Below are positions 1 to 7,578 of a DNA stretch of 35,925 nt, piece after piece. A program made the translations under genes and the position numbers. The notes beneath the pieces are model-generated. The model did no database searches and was not told the DNA's origin. It worked only from the letters and a program-made list of their open reading frames with translations. Each line of letters starts with the position of its first letter. The stretch's first letter is position 1. This stretch comes from Bacteroidia bacterium (GTDB lineage Bacteria > Bacteroidota > Bacteroidia > AKYH767-A > 2013-40CM-41-45): the NCBI GenBank assembly GCA_035293345.1, contig DATDOJ010000264.1, forward strand, positions 1 to 35,925. The letters run 5' to 3'.

Positions 1-268
1 CCCTCATGATTTTAACAACGGTGTTACGGCTGTTTTTGGTCTTGGTGTTGGGATTGGTGTGAATCTCATAGATGCCGCGGCTGGCGGGATTGCCGGTGAA
101 CCACTGCGCAAGAAAATCTCCGGCACGGGTTATTTCCTGCGGAGTCAACCCCAAGCGTTCTCCATGGGTTTGCAATGTTGCAGGATTAACGGTGGTGATA
201 AATTTATTGACTCTCTTAATGTAGAGGTCGAACTTCGCAAGTGTGCGCGGAACTCTCGATTTGTCCAT
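1..268 (-). CDS. hypothetical protein, N-terminal part (gene runs off the left edge of the window)
   Basis: The reverse complement reads ATG (268..266) then MDKSRVPRTLAKFDLYIKRVNKFITTVNPATLQTHGERLGLTPQEITRAGDFLAQWFTGNPASRGIYEIHTNPNTKTKNSRNTVVKIM, with no stop before the window edge. It is absent from the ORF track because it is open-ended. It competes with the GTG-started + ORF 59..289, which looks less protein-like. Confidence 0.5.
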   Translation of the reverse strand, partial: MDKSRVPRTLAKFDLYIKRVNKFITTVNPATLQTHGERLGLTPQEITRAGDFLAQWFTGNPASRGIYEIHTNPNTKTKNSRNTVVKIMR

Positions 269-330
269 GATGCTGTAATTTATTGTTAGGCAAATGTAAT
301 ACTTTTCTGATTTAATGTTTATGATTCGCA

Positions 331-451
331 GTGTACACTTTTAACTTATAAGTGTGGACTTTCAAGTTGTAAGTACTAACTTATAGGTTATAAGTATGAA
401 CTGTTCAAATGAAAGTATGCACTTTTAAGTTATAAGTCCACACTTATAAGT
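331..451. repeat. cluster of ACTTATAAGT palindromic boxes, including a 17-bp perfect inverted repeat pair and a 23-bp direct repeat
   Basis: Perfect 10-bp palindrome ACTTATAAGT at 344..353 and 442..451. One-mismatch copies are ACTTATAGGT (379..388) and AGTTATAAGT (428..437), with looser copies near 365..375 and 389..396. ACTTATAAGTGTGGACT (344..360) is the exact reverse complement of 435..451. GTGTACACTTTTAACTTATAAGT (331..353) resembles GTATGCACTTTTAAGTTATAAGT (415..437). The cluster lies between the stop of the SBBP gene and the start of the partial gene at 268. Confidence 0.85.
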
Positions 452-490
452 AAAAACATTACTCCGGAAAGTTCAGAAAGGCAGAAAGAA

Positions 491-2191
491 TTAAATTTTC
501 ACAAGCTTCTTAACTCCCACACTCCTGTTGCCTTCTTTTACATTAATAAAATAAACTCCCGCAGGCAGCGTGCTGATGCTGATGTTGGTTTGGGTGTTTG
601 TGACAGGAACAGTGAGGATTTTCGCTCCAAGGAAATTATAAATGCTTAGGGTGGTATTTGGTTTTACATTGTTGCTGAGGGAAAGAAGAAGTTCGTGGGA
701 GGCGGGGTTGGGGGAGATTAATATCCTATTCTCCATATTATAAGCCCAATCGGGTATCTCAGTTGGAAAGTCGGCTATTTTCTCTACAAAAATGTCATAC
801 CCACCAGTTGAAATCAAATTATACATCCCGAAGCCAGGGTCAAAATCAGCTGTCGCAGAAAAACCACCTGTTGTATATACATTCCCAATTGCGTCAACAG
901 CCATGGATATGCTTCTATCAGAACCTGCCCCGCCCATTTGTACAGCCCAAAGAAAATTTCCGGAAGGGCTAAACTTCGAAACGAAAATATCATCGCTACC
1001 ACTTGATGTCAAGTTATATGTTCCAATGTCTGGATTAAAGTCAACTGTACCAGCAAACCATCCTGTTGTATAAACATTTCCGCTAAGATCAAAATCAATT
1101 GAGAATCCTTCCTCAGTATTTGCTCCACCCATTTGTTTTGCCCAAATAAAATTCCCCGAAGAACTCAACTTGGAAACATAAACATCAAGCATTCCTATTT
1201 CGTTCAGAATATACGTTCCGGGACCAGGATCGAAGTCAGCGTTGCCACCAAAACTGCCGGTTGTATAAACATTTCCGCCCGCATCTACAGAAATTGAATG
1301 AGCATAGCCACCGCCATCAATTCCTCCGAATTGTTTTGCCCAAATAAAATTTCCGGAAGAGTTAAGTTTAGAAACAAAAATTTCATACCCAAAATCCGAC
1401 ATCATATTATAGATTCCCGTGCCTGGATTAAAGTCAGCCGTGTCTTCAAAGATTCCGGTTGTATAAACGTTTCCGCTGGCATCAACTGCAATGCCATAAC
1501 CAGTATCATCACTTGTCCCGCCCATTTGTTTTGCCCAAAGGAAATTCCCGGAAGCATCAAGTTTGGAAACAAAAATATCATCAATGCCAAACGAGGTGAG
1601 ATTATACGTTCCAGTACTGGGGTCAAAGTCAACTGTATTGTAAAATGCTCCTGTTGTATAAACATTTCCGCTGGCATCAACAGTAATGGCAGTACCTTCT
1701 TCATAGTTAGTCCCGCTCAATTGTTTTGCCCACAGAAAATTACCTGAAGCGTCAAGCTTTGAAACAAAAATATCATCATTGCCGAAAGCGGTCAGATTAT
1801 ATATTCCAATGCCAGGGTCAAAGTCAACAGTTCCTTTAAAGAACCCTGTTGTATAAACATTTCCACCAGTATCAACGGCAATTGAATAACCGGCTTCATT
1901 ATCTGTCCCACTCATAGCGCCTGCCCAAATAAAATTTCCCGAAGCGTCAAGTTTGCAAACAAAAATATCACCACTTCCTGCAGAAGTCAGATTAAATACT
2001 CCGCTCCCCGGGTCAAAGTCAACTATGCCGACAAAATATCCAGTTGTATAAACATTTCCGGTCGCATCAATAGCAATAGATTCACCAGCGTCCGTGCTTG
2101 TTCCTCCCATTTGTTTTGCCCATACAAAGTTTTGTGCATAAATAAAATTGCTTGCAAAAAAAGAAATGGAGAGAAGAATAATTTTTTTCAT
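491..2191 (-). CDS. secreted SBBP (beta-propeller) repeat protein with T9SS type A C-terminal sorting domain
   Basis: N-terminal signal peptide MKKIILLSISFFASNFIYAQ. About ten tandem ~47-aa repeats of the form SGNVYTTGxFxGTVDFDPGxGxYNLTSxGxxDIFVSKLDASGNFLWAKQMGG, the SBBP repeat pattern. The C-terminus ISPNPASHELLL...GVYFINVKEGNRSVGVKKLVKI matches the Por/T9SS sorting-domain pattern. Confidence 0.9.
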   Translation of the reverse strand: MKKIILLSISFFASNFIYAQNFVWAKQMGGTSTDAGESIAIDATGNVYTTGYFVGIVDFDPGSGVFNLTSAGSGDIFVCKLDASGNFIWAGAMSGTDNEAGYSIAVDTGGNVYTTGFFKGTVDFDPGIGIYNLTAFGNDDIFVSKLDASGNFLWAKQLSGTNYEEGTAITVDASGNVYTTGAFYNTVDFDPSTGTYNLTSFGIDDIFVSKLDASGNFLWAKQMGGTSDDTGYGIAVDASGNVYTTGIFEDTADFNPGTGIYNMMSDFGYEIFVSKLNSSGNFIWAKQFGGIDGGGYAHSISVDAGGNVYTTGSFGGNADFDPGPGTYILNEIGMLDVYVSKLSSSGNFIWAKQMGGANTEEGFSIDFDLSGNVYTTGWFAGTVDFNPDIGTYNLTSSGSDDIFVSKFSPSGNFLWAVQMGGAGSDRSISMAVDAIGNVYTTGGFSATADFDPGFGMYNLISTGGYDIFVEKIADFPTEIPDWAYNMENRILISPNPASHELLLSLSNNVKPNTTLSIYNFLGAKILTVPVTNTQTNISISTLPAGVYFINVKEGNRSVGVKKLVKI

Positions 2192-2224
2192 GCTGTTATT
2201 TTTATCCCTCTTGTGAACTGTCCG

Positions 2225-2431
2225 CTAAATCTTAACTCCATTCTTCTTTAAAATTTCCAGCACATTTTTTTCGGAAACCTCTCCGCTTTTCATTCCCTCA
2301 TCAATCCATTTTGCCATCATGTCTTCGTCTTCCTTGGATTTGAGTATGCGCGTTTTCAGGCGATGCTTCTTGAAATAGCTTGCAAACATGCTTGCCTTCT
2401 TATCGGGTATTTTTACGATTACGGTTGTCAT
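2225..2431 (-). CDS. small hypothetical protein (68 aa)
   Basis: ORF on the same strand, packed between rocD and the SBBP gene with 33-39 nt gaps. Charged, helical-looking sequence MTTVIVKIPDKKASMFASYFKKHRLK.... No recognisable catalytic motif. Confidence 0.5.
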   Translation of the reverse strand: MTTVIVKIPDKKASMFASYFKKHRLKTRILKSKEDEDMMAKWIDEGMKSGEVSEKNVLEILKKNGVKI

Positions 2432-2470
2432 TTCTCTTTCTGTTTATTGAATGTAAAGATAATCAGGTTT

Positions 2471-3697
2471 TCAGAATTGCTCCAGCGTCTTCTTTATTAT
2501 TCCAACACACTCGCGCAATTGCTCTTCAGTAATAATGAGCGGAGGCGCAAAGCGGATAATATCTCCGTGAGTGGGTTTGGCAAGCAAGCCGTTCTCTTTG
2601 AGGGCAAGACATAAATCCCAGGCGTTTTTTCCTTTGTCGTCAATCACCATGGCGCAGAACAATCCTTTGCCGCGCACGGTTTTTATTTTCGGATGGCGGA
2701 TGCTTTTCAATTCAGCAAGAAGAATTTTTCCGAGGCGCTCAGCGTTGCCGCAAAGATTTTCTTTCTGCAAAACATCAAGCGCAGCAATGGCAACTTTGCA
2801 GGCAATTGGATTACCACCATACGTGCTGCCATGTTCACCAGGTTTTATGCAGAGCATGATTTCATCATCGGCAAGCACGGCAGAAACAGGATACATTCCT
2901 CCGGATAATGCCTTCCCAAGAATGAGAATATCGGGATGCACGCTTTCGTGGTCGCAGCAAAGCATGGTTCCGGTTCTGCCCAAGCCGGTCTGTATTTCAT
3001 CGGCAATGAACAATACTTCGTTGGCGCGGCAAAGGTCATCGGCATTACGGATGTAACCGAGGTCGGGCACAACAACGCCTGCTTCGCCCTGCACGGGCTC
3101 AACCAAGAAGCCGGCAACATCATCTTCAAGAAGCGCTTCTTTCAGCGCTTTAATATCATTGTAGGGAATAATAATAAAGCCGGGAGTGTATGGTCCGAAA
3201 TCATTCCGCGCATCCGGGTCGGTTGACATGGAAACGATGGTGGTGGTGCGCCCGTGAAAATTTCCTTCGCACACAATAATCTTTGCTTTATCCGGTGCGA
3301 TTCCCTTTTTCTGATACGCCCACTTGCGGCAGAGTTTGATAGCGGTTTCAACTCCTTCTGCTCCTGTGTTCATGGGCAGCACTTTATCGTAGCCAAAAAG
3401 TTTGGTGATGTATTCTTCGTATTCGCCAAGAGCGCTGTTGTAGAATGCACGCGAGGTAAGAGAAAGTTTTTGCGCTTGTTCAGTTAATGCTTTTACCACT
3501 GCGGGATGGTTGTGTCCGAGATTCACGGCAGAATAGGCAGAGAGAAAATCGTAGTAACGCTTGCCTTCAACATCCCACACAAACACACCTTCTCCACGCT
3601 CAAGCACAACGGGAATGGGATGATAGTTATGCGCTCCAAAAGTTTTTTCTTTTTCTATTGCTTCGGCTGACTTTGTCATAATATCTGTCTGGTTCAT
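2471..3697 (-). CDS. rocD: ornithine--oxo-acid aminotransferase (class III PLP aminotransferase)
   Basis: The 408-aa translation has the typical OAT N-terminus ([51 protein letters not shown]), plus [22 protein letters not shown], the [14 protein letters not shown] motif and the PLP-lysine context ILGKALSGG. Confidence 0.93.
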   Translation of the reverse strand: MNQTDIMTKSAEAIEKEKTFGAHNYHPIPVVLERGEGVFVWDVEGKRYYDFLSAYSAVNLGHNHPAVVKALTEQAQKLSLTSRAFYNSALGEYEEYITKLFGYDKVLPMNTGAEGVETAIKLCRKWAYQKKGIAPDKAKIIVCEGNFHGRTTTIVSMSTDPDARNDFGPYTPGFIIIPYNDIKALKEALLEDDVAGFLVEPVQGEAGVVVPDLGYIRNADDLCRANEVLFIADEIQTGLGRTGTMLCCDHESVHPDILILGKALSGGMYPVSAVLADDEIMLCIKPGEHGSTYGGNPIACKVAIAALDVLQKENLCGNAERLGKILLAELKSIRHPKIKTVRGKGLFCAMVIDDKGKNAWDLCLALKENGLLAKPTHGDIIRFAPPLIITEEQLRECVGIIKKTLEQF

Positions 3698-3735
3698 TGG
3701 AAAATAATTTTAACAAAAATAAAGATAAATATATG

Positions 3736-3818
3736 GAACGCGGATGACGCGGAAAATGCGGATAAGAGCGGATTTTTTTAATCCGTGTAAATCATTGTTT
3801 TCCGCGTCATCCGCGTTC
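3736..3818. repeat. nested palindrome: 21-bp perfect inverted repeat built from GCGGA units, enclosing a smaller hairpin
   Basis: GAACGCGGATGACGCGGAAAA (3736..3756) is the exact reverse complement of TTTTCCGCGTCATCCGCGTTC (3798..3818). GCGGA occurs 4 times on the left and TCCGC/TCCG 3 times on the right. Inner hairpin CGGATT-TTTTT-AATCCG lies at about 3769..3785. The element sits in the 138-bp divergent region between rocD and rlmD. Confidence 0.9.
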
Positions 3819-3835
3819 TACTATTTTTACCCCTG

Positions 3836-5239
3836 ATGAAAGTAAAAGACATTTTCAACGACATAGAAATCACAGGAACCACCGTTGACGGGCTAGGCAT
3901 TGCACGGATTGATAGCTGGGTTGTGTTTATTCCCAAAGTTATGGAAGGTGATGTTGCCGATATAATTATCACGAGCAAAAAACGAAATCATGTATTCGGA
4001 AAAGTTGTTGAGCTGAAAAAAAGTTCTGAGCAAAGAGTGACTCCTTTCTGCGAACATTTCGGTTTGTGCGGAGGATGCTCATTGCAACATATTGATTATG
4101 CAGAACAGCTTCGCATCAAACAAAAATTTGTTGAAGACACCCTCCAGCGAATCGGAAAGGTAGGGGCGAAACATGTTTCGCCCATCATTCCCTGTGCAGA
4201 AACAACTCACTACCGCAACCGTCTTGATTTTGCTTTCGCCAGCAGGCGCTGGCTCGCGAATGAAGAACTGAGCAATCCCGAAATAAAAGCAACCGGAAGT
4301 TTTGCCGGATTTCATGTGCCCGGGCGGTTCGATAAAATCATTGACATCAATACCTGTCATCTTCAGCCCGAGTCGGCAAACACTCTCAGGCATTTTGTAA
4401 AAAACTTTGCCGTAGAAAATGGCTGGACCTTTTATGACACATTAAAGAACGAGGGCTTCATCCGCGACATGATTATCCGCAACACGACAACAGGCGAATG
4501 GATGGTGATTGTGATTTTCAATTCGGATGAAAACGAAAAAATTAATTCACTGATGCAGGCCCTCACGAAAAAATTTCCTGAAATAACATCACTCAACTAT
4601 GTGATAAACCCGAAAAAAAATTCCACGATTTATGATTTGGAAGTTAATCTGTTCAGCGGAAGAAAATATCTGCTTGAAGAAATCGGTGGGTTGAAATTTA
4701 AAATCAGCCCCAAGTCATTTTTTCAGACCAACACAAAGCAGGCGGCTATGCTTTACCATACCGCTCTTCAGTTTGCTTCACTCACCGGAACTGAAACCGT
4801 TTATGATTTGTACACCGGCACCGGCACAATCGCCAATTATGTTGCTGGGCATTGCAAAAAAGTAATAGGCATTGACTCTGTTCCCGATGCCATTGAAGAC
4901 GCAAAAGAAAATTCGCGCAGCAACAACATACACAACACGGAATTTTTTGCAGGTGACATTAAAGAAACTCTCAGTGATGATTTTATTTCTGTTCACGGAA
5001 AGCCCGATGTCATAATAACAGACCCGCCAAGAGTCGGAATGCATCCTGATGTGGTGAAAAAAATGTCGGAAACGGGAGTGACAAAAATCGTTTACGTGAG
5101 CTGCAACCCCGCCACACAGGCGCGCGACATCGCATTGCTTTCGGAAAATTATTCTGTCACCAAAATTCAGCCGGTGGATATGTTTCCGCACACAAGCCAT
5201 GTGGAAAATGTGGCGTTGCTCGAAAGAAAATATATTTAA
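3836..5239 (+). CDS. rlmD: 23S rRNA (uracil-C5)-methyltransferase, RumA/RlmD family
   Basis: N-terminal TRAM-like domain, an Fe-S cysteine cluster (CEHFGLCGGCSLQH ... C), the SAM-binding motif VYDLYTGTGTIANYVA, and the catalytic region DPPRVGMH ... YVSCNPATQARD. Confidence 0.9.
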   Translation: MKVKDIFNDIEITGTTVDGLGIARIDSWVVFIPKVMEGDVADIIITSKKRNHVFGKVVELKKSSEQRVTPFCEHFGLCGGCSLQHIDYAEQLRIKQKFVEDTLQRIGKVGAKHVSPIIPCAETTHYRNRLDFAFASRRWLANEELSNPEIKATGSFAGFHVPGRFDKIIDINTCHLQPESANTLRHFVKNFAVENGWTFYDTLKNEGFIRDMIIRNTTTGEWMVIVIFNSDENEKINSLMQALTKKFPEITSLNYVINPKKNSTIYDLEVNLFSGRKYLLEEIGGLKFKISPKSFFQTNTKQAAMLYHTALQFASLTGTETVYDLYTGTGTIANYVAGHCKKVIGIDSVPDAIEDAKENSRSNNIHNTEFFAGDIKETLSDDFISVHGKPDVIITDPPRVGMHPDVVKKMSETGVTKIVYVSCNPATQARDIALLSENYSVTKIQPVDMFPHTSHVENVALLERKYI

Positions 5240-5298
5240 CTCCGGACCCCTGTAACATTCAGTTCGCCATCTGCGTGTAATTCAACATAAATATTCCC

Positions 5299-6459
5299 AT
5301 GCGGAAAATCTTTTGGTTAATCATCGTTGCCTGCACCGTCAGAATTGTTTTGATTTTTATCATGAATGATTCATTGAAGCTTGGCGGAGATGAAATGCGG
5401 AATTATCAGATTGCGTTGAACCATGTGAACGGATTCGGGTATTCCCTGCTTCAAAACGGAGAATATATCCCTACTGCATTTCACTCTTCCTTCGCGGTAT
5501 TACTGTACGAGGCGCTTATTTTGCTTCATGTCAGCAAAGATTTTGTTACGCTGTTAATCTGGATTTTGTCACTCCTTCTTTACGCTGTTTCAATACAATA
5601 CTTTTACCGCCTGACAGAATTGTTCTTGACCCCTCACAGGTTCACAGCAACAGTTACATACTGCTTCTATCCATCTGTCATATACTTCATCGGCTCGATT
5701 TCTTTGTATGAAAACATTGTGCTTCCGTTGCTGGTGCTCAACTTTTCTTTCCTGCTGACGGACACGCATAAAAAATTTATTATTGTTTCTTCTGTGTTGT
5801 CCTGCCTTGTCCGTCCCAATATCCTGCCGGTTTATGTGTTGCTTTTTTTAGTTCATGCTTTCCATAAAAAAAAGCTGCACGTTCCGGTTTATGCCTTCTT
5901 GCTATTTGTCTTGCTGAATATTCCGGTTCTCATCAAGAATAAAAATACATTCGGAAGTTATTTTCTCAGCACGCAGGGCGGCTTTGAATTTCTCCAGGGA
6001 CACAGCCCTGTGGCGCGCGGCAGCTGGACTGCGATTTGGGCGCGCGAAGAAAGTCCGTTATACCAATACGCGCATGCAAACATTCCGGGAATTGATACCA
6101 TGAACGAATTCCGGGAATCGCAGGCACGGAAAAATCTTGCATGGAAATGGATAAAAGAAAATCCGCTTGGCGAACTGAAACTTGCAGTAAGAAAAGTGCT
6201 TATTTATTTCGCCCCCTTTAATCTCAAAGACCTATGGGGATGTGATATTTTCAATCCTGTAAATTTTTTAGTGCACCTGTTTTTTTTGCTATGGCTTTTA
6301 ACTGCGGCAAGAAGCTATCCGAATTTAATGCTGCTTGCACCTGCTGCGGCAAGCATTATTACTTCGTTAATATTTTTTGTCGGTTACAGGTGGAGGTTTT
6401 ATGCTGAGCCGTTTATGATTATTGCCGCATTTTCATTCCTGAAAAGATTTTCCCGTTGA
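5299..6459 (+). CDS. polytopic membrane protein, probable GT39/GT83 (ArnT/PMT-like) glycosyltransferase
   Basis: 386 aa with about 10 hydrophobic segments. The N-terminal pattern (TM helix followed by DE..Y loop: GGDEMRNYQIALN) resembles dolichyl/undecaprenyl-phosphate sugar transferases. The family assignment is tentative. Confidence 0.6.
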   Translation: MRKIFWLIIVACTVRIVLIFIMNDSLKLGGDEMRNYQIALNHVNGFGYSLLQNGEYIPTAFHSSFAVLLYEALILLHVSKDFVTLLIWILSLLLYAVSIQYFYRLTELFLTPHRFTATVTYCFYPSVIYFIGSISLYENIVLPLLVLNFSFLLTDTHKKFIIVSSVLSCLVRPNILPVYVLLFLVHAFHKKKLHVPVYAFLLFVLLNIPVLIKNKNTFGSYFLSTQGGFEFLQGHSPVARGSWTAIWAREESPLYQYAHANIPGIDTMNEFRESQARKNLAWKWIKENPLGELKLAVRKVLIYFAPFNLKDLWGCDIFNPVNFLVHLFFLLWLLTAARSYPNLMLLAPAAASIITSLIFFVGYRWRFYAEPFMIIAAFSFLKRFSR

Positions 6460-6652
6460 GCGCAACCTGCACAGGTTAAATTAATTATGCCGGACAAAAT
6501 AACTGCCTGTTGAAGCGACAAAACCTGCCTATGGCTTCGAATACGGGGATTCCCGACTTTTGCCACCGTTGCGGTTCAAAACATGTTTCGAAACATTTTT
6601 GCATTCCCGTTTGAATTATATCTTTGAACCGATAAAATTTAAACCCAACTCC

Positions 6653-7516
6653 ATGAAAAAATATTTCTTCTTCATCCTTGCCGCAATAGCAGCCACAGGA
6701 TGCCATGATTACAAAGCCGACAGTGAAATGCTTGCCAGGCAAAGGGACTCCCTCATCACAGAAGCCAACTACAAGGATTCCACCATCAATGCGTTTATTG
6801 CCGGTGTAAATCAAATTGAGACAAACATCAGTGCCATCAGTGAAAAACAGGCGGAAGTTGCCGACCTGACTTCGCAAAACGAGATGAGCAAGAGCCAGTT
6901 CGACCGTATTAACGATGACATCAGCAACATTAACGCACTGATGGAAGCGAACCGCAACCAGATGGAAACGCTGAAGAAAAAAATGAGCGGTGCGAATTTT
7001 AAAATCAAAGAGCTCGAAAAAACGCTTGCCTCACTTCAGCAGCAGCTTGATGCAAAGAATGCCGAGCTTGCGACATTGAATCAGAAAATCGCGGAATTAA
7101 ACACAACGGTTGATGGGCTTAACATGAATGTAAAAACATTGACCGCCACAACCGAAGAGCAGGCAAAAACTATTTCGGACAAAACCACTAAGCTCAACAC
7201 CGCTTACTATGCAACGGGAACATACAAAGAACTCGAAGCAAAAAAGGTGCTTAATAAAGAAGGCGGTTTCTTAGGCATCGGCAAAAACAAAAAGATGATT
7301 AATGACTTCAAGCCGGATGCATTCACTATGATTGATATTACCCAGACAAAAACTATTGAACTGAATGCAAAAGACGCGAAAGTGATTTCAACTCATCCCA
7401 GCAGTTCGTACAAGATTGACAGAAAGGATAAAAACCATGTCAACAGTTTAACCATCAGCGACCCTGACCAGTTCTGGAAGGCATCGAAGTATCTGGTGGT
7501 GATGATTGAAAAGTAA
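6653..7516 (+). CDS. coiled-coil lipoprotein
   Basis: The internal ATG at 6653 gives MKKYFFFILAAIAATGC, a lipoprotein signal with a lipobox Cys; the 31 codons upstream in track ORF 6560 look non-coding. The central region is heptad-rich and low in complexity (KTLASLQQQLDAKNAELATLNQKIAELNTTVDGLN). Confidence 0.8.
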   Translation: MKKYFFFILAAIAATGCHDYKADSEMLARQRDSLITEANYKDSTINAFIAGVNQIETNISAISEKQAEVADLTSQNEMSKSQFDRINDDISNINALMEANRNQMETLKKKMSGANFKIKELEKTLASLQQQLDAKNAELATLNQKIAELNTTVDGLNMNVKTLTATTEEQAKTISDKTTKLNTAYYATGTYKELEAKKVLNKEGGFLGIGKNKKMINDFKPDAFTMIDITQTKTIELNAKDAKVISTHPSSSYKIDRKDKNHVNSLTISDPDQFWKASKYLVVMIEK

Positions 7517-7542
7517 ATTGCCTGCTCAAATTAATTGTAAAA

Positions 7543-7574
7543 CCTTCCGGAAAATACCGGAGGGTTTTTTATTT
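7543..7574. terminator. intrinsic terminator between convergent genes
   Basis: CCTTCCGG (7543..7550), loop AAAATA, CCGGAGGG (7557..7564, one G-U pair), then TTTTTTATTTT. An A-run on the left side makes it potentially bidirectional. Confidence 0.7.
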
Positions 7575-7578
7575 TGTG

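Noticed and set aside
59-289. + strand ORF of 76 aa at the left edge.
   Set aside because: It has a GTG start and an odd composition. It fully overlaps a more protein-like, ATG-started, open-ended reading frame on the minus strand (1..268).
763-1747. Several 60-150-aa ORFs on both strands inside the SBBP gene. Analogous ORFs occur inside rocD, the helicase, res/mod and the giant adhesin gene.
   Set aside because: All are nested within long, motif-supported genes and are typical shadow frames of repetitive or biased coding sequence.
6560-6652. N-terminal extensions in the ORF track: 6560 (versus 6653), 13553 (versus 13640), 21497 (versus 21548), 22164 (versus 22245) and 24620 (versus 24599).
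   Set aside because: The extensions precede obvious native N-termini (a lipoprotein or signal peptide, or an SpmA-like start), use non-ATG starts, or overlap the preceding gene. Internal ATGs were preferred, but the exact starts remain unverified.
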